DNA from: an uncultured Synergistaceae bacterium
Lineage (GTDB): Bacteria > Synergistota > Synergistia > Synergistales > Dethiosulfovibrionaceae
DNA length: 64,000 nt
Assembly (NCBI GenBank): GCA_964520485.1
Contig: CAZFNC010000001.1
Location: forward strand, 495 to 64,494
Direction of reading: 5' to 3'
Shown piece after piece: positions 45,541 through 55,625 of this stretch. Below the pieces are notes generated by a model. It was given only the letters and a program-made list of their open reading frames with translations. It did no database searches and was not told the DNA's origin. The position numbers were made by a program, and so were the translations under genes. How positions within the stretch are numbered: the first letter of the stretch is position 1; every line of letters starts with the position of its first letter.

Positions 45541-45846
45541 ATGCAGGCGAACTGCCCGTGCGGCGAGCCGCGCACGAAAACCCGCACGCCGGAAGAGCTG
45601 AAGAAGCTGATGAACCGTCTCAACCGAATCGAAGGACAGATCCGCGGCATCAAGTCCATGCTGGAAAAAAGCGCCTACTGTCCCGACATCCTCGTGCAGA
45701 GCGCGGCCGTCACGGCAGCCATGAACGCTTTCAACCGTGAGCTGCTCGCTTCGCACGTGCGCGGCTGTGTCGCGGCCGACATTCGCGCTGGACGCGACGG
45801 GACGATCGAAGAGCTGCTTGTGGTCCTGCACAGACTGATGAAGTAA
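45541..45846 (+). CDS. csoR: Copper-sensing repressor CsoR
   Basis: RLNRIEGQIRGI, YCPDIL, HVRGCV (C-H-C ligands); upstream of copA. Confidence 0.92.
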   Translation: MQANCPCGEPRTKTRTPEELKKLMNRLNRIEGQIRGIKSMLEKSAYCPDILVQSAAVTAAMNAFNRELLASHVRGCVAADIRAGRDGTIEELLVVLHRLMK

Positions 45847-45936
45847 CGCTCGAGGCCCCCCGGTCCGGGCCGGCGCGGAGCCTTCGCGCTTTTCGTCTGA
45901 AAAAAAACCGCCGTGGCGGGCAAGGGGGTATGTATC

Positions 45937-48471
45937 ATGGTACAGTACATCGTCACGGGTATGAGCTGCGCCGCATGTTCAGCCCGCGTGGAAAAGGCTG
46001 TGTCGAAGGTGCCCGGCGTGACGTCGGTGTCCGTCTCGCTGCTGACGAACTCGATGGGCGTAGAGGGTACGGCATCGGCGACCGACATCGTGAAAGCCGT
46101 CGAAGAGGCGGGATACGGCGCTTCCCTCAAGGATGCGCCGCAGTCGCGGAAAGACCGCCGAACTTCCGATGAGGAAGCTTTGACTGACCGTGAGACGCCC
46201 GTGCTCAAGCGCCGTCTCTGGACATCGCTGGGCTTTCTCGCCGTGCTGATGTGGTTCTCGATGGGGCACATGATGTGGGGCTGGCCGCTCCCTGGCTTCT
46301 TCGACGGCAACCACGTGGCGATGGGGCTCGTGCAGATGATCCTCGCCGCTGTCATCATGATCATCAACGGCAAGTTCTTCACCAACGGCTTCAAAGGTTT
46401 GATTCACGGCGCGCCCAACATGGACACGCTGGTGGCGCTCGGCTCCGCCGCGTCGTTCGCTTACAGCGTCGCGGCGCTGCTGCTGATGACGGACGCCCAG
46501 GTGAAGGGCGACTCGGCGCGAGTCGTGGCGTACATGGACGAGTTTTACTTCGAGTCGGCGGCAACGATCCTGACGCTGATCACCGTCGGCAAGATGCTCG
46601 AGGCGCGCTCGAAAGGCCGCACGACAGACGCCCTCAAAAGCCTGATGCGTCTGGCTCCCAGAACGGCGACTCTGTTGAAGGATGGCGCGGAGACGGTCGT
46701 GCCCGTGGAACAGGTGCGTGTCGGCGACGAATTTGCCGTGCGCCCCGGCGAGAACGTCCCCGTAGACGGCGTGGTGCTGGAGGGGACTTCGGCCGTCGAC
46801 GAATCGGCGCTGACGGGCGAGAGCATTCCTGTCGACAAGGCGGCGGGCGACAGGATCAGCGCCGCGACCGTCAACCGTTCCGGCTATCTGCGCGCCCGCG
46901 CTCTGCGGGTGGGCGAGGACACCACGCTTTCGCAGATCATCCGCATGGTCAGCGATGCGGCGGCGACCAAGGCCCCGATCGCCAAGGTCGCGGACAAGGT
47001 CTCGGGCGTGTTTGTGCCCGCCGTCATCTGCATCGCCGTTTTGACGGCCGCCGTGTGGCTTCTGCTCGGCAGGGAATTCGGATTCGCGCTGGCGAGGGGC
47101 ATATCCGTACTCGTCATCTCATGTCCCTGCGCGCTCGGGCTGGCGACGCCCGTGGCGATCATGGTCGGCAACGGTGTCGGCGCGCGAAACGGCATTTTGT
47201 TCAAGACAGCCGCATCCCTTGAAAACTGCGGGCGCATGCAAATCGCCGCGCTGGACAAGACAGGGACAATCACTGTCGGACAGCCGCAAGTGACCGATCT
47301 CGTTCCCGCCGCCGGCGTATCCGAGAACGAACTTCTCGCTCTCGCGGGAGCGTTGGAGAGCAAAAGCGAACACCCGCTGGCGCGGGCCGTCATGGAAAAG
47401 GCGCGCGAGCTGGGCATGAAACCCGCCGACGTCGACGAATTTCAGGCGCTGCCCGGCAGCGGCGTGACCGCTCGTCTTGGCGGCGAAGATCTTCTTGGCG
47501 GCAGCTTGAGCTGCGTCGCGGGAAAGCTGTACGTTCCTCCGTCGATGAAAGAGCGGGCGGATGAGCTGGCAGCGCAGGGTAAGACACCTTTGCTTTTCGC
47601 GCGCGGCGGCTCGTTCGCGGGGATCATCGCCGTTGCAGACACCATCAAGGAGGACAGCCCCCGCGCGGTGAAGGAACTGCGGAACATGGGCGTCCGCGTC
47701 GTCATGCTCACAGGGGACAATGAACGCACGGCGCGCGCCATCGGCGCGCAGGCGGGTGTCGACGCCGTGATCGCGGGCGTGCTGCCCGACGGCAAGGAAA
47801 ACGTTATCCGTGAACTGCGGAAACATGGCGTCACAGCCATGGTCGGCGACGGCATCAACGACGCTCCGGCGCTGACGCGCGCCGACACGGGAATAGCCAT
47901 CGGCGCGGGGACGGACATCGCCATCGACGCCGCCGACGTCGTGCTGATGAACAGCCGCCTTTCGGACGTTCCCGCCGCCGTCAGGCTGAGCCGCGCGACG
48001 CTGCGCAACATCCACGAAAACCTCTTCTGGGCCTTCTTCTACAACGTCATCGGCATCCCTCTGGCGGCGGGCGCCTGGATCGCCCTGCTGGGCTGGAAGA
48101 TGAACCCCATGTTCGGCGCGGCGGCGATGAGCCTGTCGAGTTTCTGCGTGGTATCCAACGCGTTGAGGCTGAATTTTTTCGACCCGCACAGCGCGAAAAG
48201 GGATAAAAGAATCCGCCCGGTCGATCCGGGAGATCTCAAGTTGAAAACGGAGGAAAACAACATGGTCAAAACGCTGAAAGTCGAAGGAATGATGTGCGGA
48301 CACTGCGAAGCGCGCGTTAAAAAAGCGCTGCTCGCCGTGGCGGGCGTGACGGACGCCGCGGTCAGCCACGAGAAAGGAACCGCCGTCGTCACTCTGAGCG
48401 GCGACGTTGCCGACGCCGTTCTCAAAAAGGCCGTCGAGGATCAGGATTATACCGTCACGGAAATCGCCTGA
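45937..48471 (+). CDS. copA: Copper-translocating P1B-type ATPase with N- and C-terminal HMA domains
   Basis: [37 protein letters not shown] and MSLSS Cu(I) signatures; C-terminal GMMCGHC. Confidence 0.95.
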   Translation: MVQYIVTGMSCAACSARVEKAVSKVPGVTSVSVSLLTNSMGVEGTASATDIVKAVEEAGYGASLKDAPQSRKDRRTSDEEALTDRETPVLKRRLWTSLGFLAVLMWFSMGHMMWGWPLPGFFDGNHVAMGLVQMILAAVIMIINGKFFTNGFKGLIHGAPNMDTLVALGSAASFAYSVAALLLMTDAQVKGDSARVVAYMDEFYFESAATILTLITVGKMLEARSKGRTTDALKSLMRLAPRTATLLKDGAETVVPVEQVRVGDEFAVRPGENVPVDGVVLEGTSAVDESALTGESIPVDKAAGDRISAATVNRSGYLRARALRVGEDTTLSQIIRMVSDAAATKAPIAKVADKVSGVFVPAVICIAVLTAAVWLLLGREFGFALARGISVLVISCPCALGLATPVAIMVGNGVGARNGILFKTAASLENCGRMQIAALDKTGTITVGQPQVTDLVPAAGVSENELLALAGALESKSEHPLARAVMEKARELGMKPADVDEFQALPGSGVTARLGGEDLLGGSLSCVAGKLYVPPSMKERADELAAQGKTPLLFARGGSFAGIIAVADTIKEDSPRAVKELRNMGVRVVMLTGDNERTARAIGAQAGVDAVIAGVLPDGKENVIRELRKHGVTAMVGDGINDAPALTRADTGIAIGAGTDIAIDAADVVLMNSRLSDVPAAVRLSRATLRNIHENLFWAFFYNVIGIPLAAGAWIALLGWKMNPMFGAAAMSLSSFCVVSNALRLNFFDPHSAKRDKRIRPVDPGDLKLKTEENNMVKTLKVEGMMCGHCEARVKKALLAVAGVTDAAVSHEKGTAVVTLSGDVADAVLKKAVEDQDYTVTEIA

Positions 48472-48491
48472 TTGCGTATTTTCGAAGCTGG

Positions 48492-48526
48492 AGGCCGTCG
48501 CGCCGCAAAACGCGGGCGGCCTTTTT
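48492..48526 (+). terminator. Intrinsic terminator after copA
   Basis: AGGCCG...CGGCCT stem plus T-tract. Confidence 0.65.
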
Positions 48527-48641
48527 CTTCGTTGTTTATTTCAGAAGCCTGACGCGCGTCGTGCGGTGGCCGGCGTCCCGCGTGCCCCCCGACCTTTTTC
48601 CCGCGTGACGGGAACGCGAAAGAATGGTATACTGTTCAACC

Positions 48642-48979
48642 GGAGTGGTTCTGATAGTCGCTGCCGCGAAAGCGGGAGAGGAAAGTCCGGGCTCCGCAGG
48701 GCAAGACGCTGGATAACGTCCAGTTGGCGCGAGCCACAGGAAAGTGCAACAGAGAGCAGACCGCCCGATTTCCGCATCGGGTAAGGGTGAAAGGGTGAGG
48801 TAAGAGCTCACCGGACGACAGGTGACTGTCGTGCCCGGCAAACCCCGTCTGGAGCAAGATCGAATAGGGAGGAACGAGGCTGCCCGCCGACCTCCGGGTA
48901 CAGATCGCTTGAGGCGCGCAGCGATGCGCGCTCTAGAGAAATGACTATCCACGACAGAACCCGGCTTATGAACCACTCC
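48642..48979 (+). ncRNA. rnpB: RNase P RNA (type A)
   Basis: GAGGAAAGTCCGGGC, GAAAGTGCAACAGA, GGTAAGGGTGAAAGGGTG, ACAGAACCCGGCTTA; P1 GGAGTGGTT/AACCACTCC; TATACT upstream. Confidence 0.97.
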
Positions 48980-49219
48980 AGTTCCCTTCCAAAAAAAGAA
49001 GGAGTAATAGTGACTTAGAGTATAATTTATCGGAATCTTCAGTCTATTTTCTAATAAATTTATTTAATATTGAGAAAATTTAAATTGAGATGTCCACATT
49101 GGTTGGATGTTTCAATTTTTTTTATATCTGTATGTAAGTGCTTATTTATAGGACGTACAATCAATACATCTAAGCGGATATTTTTTCTTTTCTTTGCCTG
49201 AAAGGCCAATTTTGGTCTA

Positions 49220-49280
49220 TTGACCGAAGAGGAAAAATGGGGTAATCTTTGCACAAGTGGCGAAAAGTGGTAGAAAGTGG
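49220..49280 (+). promoter_or_regulatory. dcw promoter with three MraZ-binding repeats
   Basis: TTGACC-N17-TAATCT followed by AAGTGG at 49255, 49265 and 49275 (10-bp period). Confidence 0.85.
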
Positions 49281-49291
49281 GGAGTAATACC

Positions 49292-49723
49292 ATGCTCATG
49301 GGAAGCTATGATCATCGCATAGACAGCAAGGGGCGGCTCGTCATGCCGGCGAAGTTCCGCTCGCAGATCGGGGAGACCGTCGTCTGCACGGTTGGCCTCG
49401 ACAACTGCCTTGCCGTTTACCCCATGGACGCGTGGAACGCCTATCTTCAAAAACTTCAGTCACTGCCATTTACGAAAGGTCAGGCGCGCCAATTCATGCG
49501 CACACTTCTCGGCGCCGCCGAGGAACTGCCCGTCGACGGGCAGGGGAGAATCCTTCTTCCCGCGAAGCTGCGCAGGTACGCCCGGCTCGACGAACGGGTT
49601 GTCGTCAACGGCGTCAACGATCACCTCGAAATATGGGACAGCGAAAAATGGTCGGCCAGTAACGACGACATGCTGCAAAACTTCACCGCCCTGGCCGAGG
49701 GGGTGGCCGACCTTGGCGTTTGA
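49292..49723 (+). CDS. mraZ: Division/cell wall cluster transcriptional repressor MraZ
   Basis: HRIDSKGRLVMP, VDGQGRILLP, GVNDHLEIW. Confidence 0.96.
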   Translation: MLMGSYDHRIDSKGRLVMPAKFRSQIGETVVCTVGLDNCLAVYPMDAWNAYLQKLQSLPFTKGQARQFMRTLLGAAEELPVDGQGRILLPAKLRRYARLDERVVVNGVNDHLEIWDSEKWSASNDDMLQNFTALAEGVADLGV

Positions 49724-50651
49724 GCACGTTCCCGTGCTTCTTGACAAGGTTCTGGAGTCGCTGTCGCTCGGGGAAAACGCGCTGGTCGTCGACGGCACAC
49801 TCGGACTGGGCGGCTACGCCGAGGCTTTTCTGAAAGCCCATCCCGGCTGGCGAGTGCTGGGAATCGACCGTGACGATCAGGCCGTCGGGATCGCTTGCGA
49901 AAGGCTGAGACCGTTTTGCGGACGTTTTCAGGCTCTTTCAGGAGATTTCAGGCAAATGAGAGATCTGTGCGCCGGCGTCGGCGTCGCCCGGGTGGACGCA
50001 GTGGTGCTCGATCTGGGCGTGTCCAACATGCAGATCACCGAAGGTGACCGCGGGTTCTCTTTCCGCGAGGACGGGCCGCTGGATATGCGCATGAACAGGG
50101 CGTCTGGGACGACCGCCGCTCAGCTCGTGAATTCTCTGACTCGGCAGGAACTCGCGGACCTTTTCCGCGAATACGGCGAAGAGCGGTTCGCCTGGGGCAT
50201 CGCGGGAGCTATCGTGGCGTCCCGCGAAGCGCGACCGGTGACGACGACTTTCGAACTGGTTGAACTGATCCGGCGCGGAATCCCCGCGCCGGCGATGAGG
50301 AAGATGAGCGGACATCCGGCGCGCAGAGTCTTTCAGGCGCTGCGGATCGCGGTCAACGACGAGCTTGGCGCTCTCGAACAGGGGCTGGAGGAAGCGTTCT
50401 CTCTCCTGGCGCCCGAGGGACGGCTGATCGTCGTCTCGTATCACTCGCTTGAGGACCGGCTGGTCAAGCGCCGTTTTCGGGAGTGGCATCAAAATGGGCT
50501 CGGAACGCTTGAGCCACGCAGGAGCGAAGTCCCCGACGAACGTGAAATTCAACTGAACCCGAAATCCCGCAGCGCGCGGCTTCGCGGTTTTTTGAAAAAA
50601 AATGTGCCGGTGACGGCGGAAGGGCGGATTGGACCATGGCGAAGGGTGTAA
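49713..50651 (+). CDS. rsmH: 16S rRNA m4C1402 methyltransferase
   Basis: HVPVLL, DGTLGLGG, DLGVSNMQ, PLDMRM, RVFQALRIAVNDEL, SYHSLEDR; TTG start with GAGGGGG SD. Confidence 0.95.
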   Translation: MAFEHVPVLLDKVLESLSLGENALVVDGTLGLGGYAEAFLKAHPGWRVLGIDRDDQAVGIACERLRPFCGRFQALSGDFRQMRDLCAGVGVARVDAVVLDLGVSNMQITEGDRGFSFREDGPLDMRMNRASGTTAAQLVNSLTRQELADLFREYGEERFAWGIAGAIVASREARPVTTTFELVELIRRGIPAPAMRKMSGHPARRVFQALRIAVNDELGALEQGLEEAFSLLAPEGRLIVVSYHSLEDRLVKRRFREWHQNGLGTLEPRRSEVPDEREIQLNPKSRSARLRGFLKKNVPVTAEGRIGPWRRV

Positions 50652-51001
50652 GGTCGGCGCGGAAAAAATCGTGGAAAATCAGTCATGCGCTGGTGATGTT
50701 TTTCATCGTCGGCATCATGTCCATGGGGGTCTTATCCATGCTGCGGAGCGACTCGCACGAGATGGACGGGCAGATCGCGGCGCTACAGTCACTCCTCTCG
50801 GCGTGCGAAAAAGAGTGCCGCGAACTGGAGCGCGAAGTGGCCTCGATGAATTCCCCCCGCTCCGTCTACTCTTGGGCGACGGCGAAACTTGGAATGAATC
50901 AGGTGCATCTCGCCGGTCTGATCCGCGTCGACGGCCCCGTTCATGTCGGCGACACGGCCATGGCCGCCCTGTCGCGCGCATTCCGCGATTACCGTGACTG
51001 A
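50636..51001 (+). CDS. FtsL-like cell division protein
   Basis: Basic N-terminus, single TM, coiled coil, ATAKLGM; between rsmH and ftsI. Confidence 0.7.
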   Translation: MAKGVRSARKKSWKISHALVMFFIVGIMSMGVLSMLRSDSHEMDGQIAALQSLLSACEKECRELEREVASMNSPRSVYSWATAKLGMNQVHLAGLIRVDGPVHVGDTAMAALSRAFRDYRD

Positions 51002-51039
51002 GAAACAACCGCTCGGGTAAAAGCGGGGGGTGAGGCTTG

Positions 51040-52743
51040 ATGTCTGTCTTGAACGCGGGCGTCGGACGCAGGTCCGTTTCATATCGTAAATCACAATGGT
51101 ACGCGGTCTTCGTCGCGATGGCTGTGTATCTCGGATTCCTCGTTCAGGTACAGCTGTTCCCCGACAGGCGCGCCGTTCATCAGCTCTCGAAGCAGTACCA
51201 CATGAGCGAGCGCACGGCGATGGACCGCGGCAACGTTTACGACAGCAAAGGCGAGCCTCTGGCCCTTTCGGTGACGACGTACAGCGTATTCATGGACCCG
51301 GGCGTGCAGGGGTTCGCCCCCGCGGCCATCGAGAAGCTGACGCCGTATATCGGTAGCGTGAAGGCGCGGGCGCTCGGGAAAAAGCTGGACAGGCGCTTTT
51401 ACTGGGTGAAACGTTATCTGGAGCGTTCCGAAGCCGAGGAGATCGTCAAGAATTGCGGCAAGGGATTTTACATCCGCGAGGAACGCAAGCGAATTTATCC
51501 GAAGGGCAGTCTGCTCTCGCACATCCTCGGCTATTGCGATCAGGACGGCTGGGGGCTTGCCGGCATAGAACTGACGTGGAACGGCGCCCTGGTCGTTCCC
51601 GAGAAGACTCACGTCACCTACCGCGGCGCCTCGTCAACCGTCAAAATCGGGGACGCGAGGGGCGGTGTCGAGGAAAAGCGCGAACCGCAGGGGCTCTTTT
51701 TGACGATCGACTCGGACGTTCAGTACGCCGTTGAACGTTTTCTCGGTGAGAAAGCAGAGGAAGTCAAAGCCCCGTGGGCAGCCGCCGTGTGTCTTGAAAC
51801 GCGCACCGGCGCCGTCAAGGCGATGGCCAGCTGGCCTTCGTTCGACTCGAACGACAGGACGACGTTCGCCAACGCCAGGGCTCTCAGCAATAACGCGGTG
51901 AACAGGGTTTACGAGCCGGGGTCGACGTTCAAGCCGATCATGGTGGCGATGGCGCTCGAGCAGGGGCGTCTCCGCCAGGGAGAATCCTTCCGCTGTCCCG
52001 CTTATCTGAAAGTCGCCGACGGTGTGATCCGCGACTCCCACCCCAAGGATAACGGGATGTTGAGTGTCACGCAGATTATCACCAAGTCGTCGAACGTCGG
52101 CATGGCCCATATCGGCATGAGGATGCCGTCTTTTTCGACCTACGAGGAGATGCGATCCTGGGGCATCGGCCGGCGCACCGGCATTCGTCTGAACGGCGAG
52201 GAAGCCGGACTGCTGAACACCCCGGACAAATGGTACGGCATCACTCCCGCGAACGTGGCCATCGGTCAGGGCTTTGCTCTCACGCCGCTGCAGATGGTGA
52301 CCGCGTTTAACGCCATCGTCAACGACGGCGTTCTCGTCCGTCCCTATCTGGTCCGCTCCGCCGTCAACAGCGAAGGAGTGCGCGTGTTTCACTCCGAACC
52401 GATGGAAGTCGGCAGGGTCGTTTCGCAGCGCAACGCGCGCTGGCTGCGCGGCGTGCTGCGAAAGGTCGTCAGCGAGGGCACGGGCAAACCCGCCGAGTGT
52501 GAACTGGTGCACGTGGCGGGAAAGACCGGCACGGCACAGGTCGCCCGCGGCGGCGAGTACGTCAAGGGACTGTACAACGCCTCATTTATCGGTTTCTGGC
52601 CGGCGAGCGACCCTGAGTACACAATGCTGATCGTCTTCGGCGACGTTTCGGGAAAGATCTATTACGGAGGTTCGGTCGCGGCGCCCGTTTTCAAGAAAGT
52701 GGTCGACGAGGTGGAGCGTCTGAAAGGCGCCGGCGTTAAATAA
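51040..52743 (+). CDS. ftsI: Class B penicillin-binding protein (FtsI-like)
   Basis: RGNVYD, GIEL, YEPGSTFK (SxxK), SSNVG (SxN), GKTGTAQ. Confidence 0.92.
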   Translation: MSVLNAGVGRRSVSYRKSQWYAVFVAMAVYLGFLVQVQLFPDRRAVHQLSKQYHMSERTAMDRGNVYDSKGEPLALSVTTYSVFMDPGVQGFAPAAIEKLTPYIGSVKARALGKKLDRRFYWVKRYLERSEAEEIVKNCGKGFYIREERKRIYPKGSLLSHILGYCDQDGWGLAGIELTWNGALVVPEKTHVTYRGASSTVKIGDARGGVEEKREPQGLFLTIDSDVQYAVERFLGEKAEEVKAPWAAAVCLETRTGAVKAMASWPSFDSNDRTTFANARALSNNAVNRVYEPGSTFKPIMVAMALEQGRLRQGESFRCPAYLKVADGVIRDSHPKDNGMLSVTQIITKSSNVGMAHIGMRMPSFSTYEEMRSWGIGRRTGIRLNGEEAGLLNTPDKWYGITPANVAIGQGFALTPLQMVTAFNAIVNDGVLVRPYLVRSAVNSEGVRVFHSEPMEVGRVVSQRNARWLRGVLRKVVSEGTGKPAECELVHVAGKTGTAQVARGGEYVKGLYNASFIGFWPASDPEYTMLIVFGDVSGKIYYGGSVAAPVFKKVVDEVERLKGAGVK

Positions 52744-52758
52744 AAAGGAGCGTTGCGC

Positions 52759-54258
52759 ATGGATCGGAGGGTAAAAAGAGGCCTTGACGACCTGAAAAAG
52801 TCAGGGCTTCTCACAGACATAGGCGGAGACTGGAATAAACTGCCGACGGGCTGTACCCTGAAAAGCGACTCCCGGACCGTTGGCCCGGGAGATATTTTTG
52901 CATGCGTCGTCGGAGACCACTCCGACGGCCACAGCTTCATCAAACAGGCGCTCGGCGCTGGCGTCTCGTGCCTGCTCGTTCAGCGGCCCGTTGAAGGTAT
53001 CCCCGTTCCCTGGATCCAGGTGAAGGACGTCCGCGCGGCGATGGGGTATCTGGCCGCGGCACTGTTCGACGAACCAGCGGAAAGGCTGAAGATGTTCGCC
53101 GTGACGGGCACGCAGGGCAAGAGCACGACAAGTTACATGATACGCAGCATCCTGCAAAGCTGCGGCGTCCGCTGCGGACTGCTCGGCACGATCGTCTACG
53201 ACGACGGACGCGAGGCCGTTCCGGCCGATCGCACGACGCCTGAAAGCGACGAGGTGCAGCGCTTTCTGAACAGGATGGTTGTCAACGGCTGCCAGGCCTG
53301 CTCGATGGAATGTTCATCGCACGGGATCGCGCAGGGGCGGTTGAGCGGCTGTACGTTCGACGGCGCCGTCTTCACCAATCTGACGCCCGAGCATCTTGAC
53401 TATCACGGCACGATGGAAAAGTATTTCGCCGCCAAGCGCGAGTTGTTCTGTCGCTACCTGAAGCCTGAAGCCGCGGTTGCGCCGAACGTTGCCGGCAAAT
53501 ACGGGCGTCGTCTGGCGGAAGAATTTCCCAAGGCGCTGACTTGGGCGTTAGAAGCTCCGGCGAGGCTGCGCGGAGAAAACATTTTCCTTGACGCAGACGG
53601 CGGCGAGTTCGACCTCTCCCTCGACGGGAGAAAACTTGCCCGCGTTCGCGTTCCTCTCGCAGGAAGGTACAACGTCGAGAACGCGCTCGGCGCGGCGGCC
53701 GTCTGTCTGGCGTGCGGCTGCGACGAAAACGGCGTCGTCAGGGGGCTTGAGGAGATGCCCCAGGTGCCCGGGCGCATGGAACGCGTCAGCCTGGAAAACG
53801 GCGTGCGCGTCATCATCGACTACGCTCACACGGCCGATTCGCTTGACGCGCTGCTTTCCGCGCTGCGTCCTCTGGCGCGCGGAAGGTTGGTCAGCGTCTT
53901 CGGCCACGGCGGTAACAGGTTTGCCGGTCATCGTCCCCTGCTGGGGCGGACCGCGGCGCGGAACGCGGACAGAATTTTCATCACGATGGACAATCCGCGC
54001 ACGGAAGATCCGCTCAGGATCGCGGAAGCGATCGCGGCGGGCGTGAAAGAAGTTCGCTCCGACGCCTGCTGGTCAATCGAACTGCCGCGCGGCGACGCTG
54101 TCGCCAAGGCGCTTGACTGGTGCCGCGAAGGCGATTTGTTGGTGATCTCCGGCAAAGGGCCGGAGCCGTACATTGAGATCGACGGTCTCAAACATCCTTA
54201 CAGCGATCGCGCGGCGGTCGAGAACTGGGCGCGTCAGAAGGGGCTGAAGGTGCAGTGA
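52759..54258 (+). CDS. murE: UDP-MurNAc-tripeptide synthetase (meso-DAP type)
   Basis: TGTQGKSTT, FTNLTPEHLDYH, DYAHT, DNPR, GKGPE. Confidence 0.93.
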   Translation: MDRRVKRGLDDLKKSGLLTDIGGDWNKLPTGCTLKSDSRTVGPGDIFACVVGDHSDGHSFIKQALGAGVSCLLVQRPVEGIPVPWIQVKDVRAAMGYLAAALFDEPAERLKMFAVTGTQGKSTTSYMIRSILQSCGVRCGLLGTIVYDDGREAVPADRTTPESDEVQRFLNRMVVNGCQACSMECSSHGIAQGRLSGCTFDGAVFTNLTPEHLDYHGTMEKYFAAKRELFCRYLKPEAAVAPNVAGKYGRRLAEEFPKALTWALEAPARLRGENIFLDADGGEFDLSLDGRKLARVRVPLAGRYNVENALGAAAVCLACGCDENGVVRGLEEMPQVPGRMERVSLENGVRVIIDYAHTADSLDALLSALRPLARGRLVSVFGHGGNRFAGHRPLLGRTAARNADRIFITMDNPRTEDPLRIAEAIAAGVKEVRSDACWSIELPRGDAVAKALDWCREGDLLVISGKGPEPYIEIDGLKHPYSDRAAVENWARQKGLKVQ

Positions 54259-55625
54259 AACTGAGCGAGCTCGCCGCGAAGGCGAACGTGCAACCGCGGG
54301 GCAAAGACGTTGATCTGCCGCTTCACATCCGCGTCGACAGCAGGGAGGTGCGCGCAGGCGAGGGATTTGTCGCCTTGCGCGGCGAACATACCGACGGCCA
54401 TCGCTTCATTCCCGACGTGCTGAAAGCGGGAGCGGGGCTCGTCGTCTGCGAGGCCGCCTCTTTTGAACCCGAGTGGGCTTCCGCCTTTCCGGACAGCGCT
54501 TTCGTGCTCACGCCCGACAGATGCGAGTACGGTTTGGCGCGCCTCGCGTCCGTCTATGCCGAATCATTGCCCTGCCTGAAGGAGATCGTCGCCGTCACGG
54601 GGAGCGTCGGCAAAACTTCAACGAAGAACTACACGGCCGCCCTGCTGGAGGAGAATTTCCGACTCCACGTCGCGGGAGGCAACTACAACACGCTGATCGG
54701 CTGCGTCGTCACGGTCCTGGCAGCGCCGCTCGGCGTGCAGGTGCTGTTGCTGGAGATGGGGGCGAACCACGCGGGCGAGATCGCCGAGATCGTCCGTTAC
54801 CTGCCGCCGACGACGGCTGCCGTGACGGAGGCCGTTCCCGTTCATCTTGAGGGGTTCGGGTCGTTCGAGGGAATCCTCGACGCTAAAACGGAGATTCTCA
54901 GGTCGCCCCGTCTCCGCTGCGCCGTCGTCAACGGCGACAACAGACGGCTGGCGGATCGAGTCGCTAAGATGTCTCTGCCCGAGGTCATTTATTTCGGCAG
55001 GAAAGGCGACGTCCTTTTCTCGCAGGAACGATGTGTCTGGAAAAAGGATCATTTTGTAGTTGACGCGATCCTGACAGGTGTGGACGGCATTTCGTTCAGC
55101 GTCTCTCTGCCGTTGTCAGGTGTCCACCAGCTCTACCCGCTGTGCTGCGCGTGCGCCGTCGCCGGTCATCTGGGGCTGACGAGCAGGGAAATCGCCGCCG
55201 CGCTGCCGAAGTGTCACGCCGTCGCCGGACGCGGCGAGGTGAAAATATCGGGAATGGGCGCGGCGATCATCGACGAGTGTTACAACGCGAGCCCTGCGGC
55301 TGTGAAGGCGTCGCTCGTCTCTATGAACGCTCGCGGGATCGAAGGCCGCCGTCTGCTGATCCTCGGAGAAATGCTCGAGCTGGGAGAGTCGGCGCCGGCG
55401 CTTCACGAAGAAGTGTTCGCGTGCGCCCGCGCCGTGAGCGACGACATTTTCCTCTACGGCTCCGTCTGGAAAAAAGTCAGAGGAACCGAAGAGTACGTCT
55501 ATGACTCGATTGAAGGCCTGATCGCCGCCGTCGACGAAAGATCGCCGCGCAAGGGCGACGTGATCCTCGTCAAGGGATCGCGCGGCAATCATCTTGAACG
55601 GGTCGTCAAGGCGCTGGAACTATGA
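54255..55625 (+). CDS. murF: UDP-MurNAc-pentapeptide synthetase
   Basis: VTGSVGKTSTK, GNYNT, EMGANH, DECYNASP, LGEMLELG, VKGSRG. Confidence 0.93.
   Translation: MKLSELAAKANVQPRGKDVDLPLHIRVDSREVRAGEGFVALRGEHTDGHRFIPDVLKAGAGLVVCEAASFEPEWASAFPDSAFVLTPDRCEYGLARLASVYAESLPCLKEIVAVTGSVGKTSTKNYTAALLEENFRLHVAGGNYNTLIGCVVTVLAAPLGVQVLLLEMGANHAGEIAEIVRYLPPTTAAVTEAVPVHLEGFGSFEGILDAKTEILRSPRLRCAVVNGDNRRLADRVAKMSLPEVIYFGRKGDVLFSQERCVWKKDHFVVDAILTGVDGISFSVSLPLSGVHQLYPLCCACAVAGHLGLTSREIAAALPKCHAVAGRGEVKISGMGAAIIDECYNASPAAVKASLVSMNARGIEGRRLLILGEMLELGESAPALHEEVFACARAVSDDIFLYGSVWKKVRGTEEYVYDSIEGLIAAVDERSPRKGDVILVKGSRGNHLERVVKALEL

Noticed and set aside
45937-48471. C-terminal HMA domain on CopA as a novelty
   Set aside because: A fused CopZ-like C-terminal domain is a known arrangement in anaerobe CopA proteins
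49060-49299. 79-aa minus-strand ORF across the AT-rich patch
   Set aside because: Overlaps the mraZ promoter and start antisense, has no SD and no recognisable motif
52759-54258. Altered MurE amino-acid specificity
   Set aside because: Some motifs deviate (TGTQGKS, GHGGNRF, GKGPE) but DNPR and the terminal Glu for meso-DAP remain
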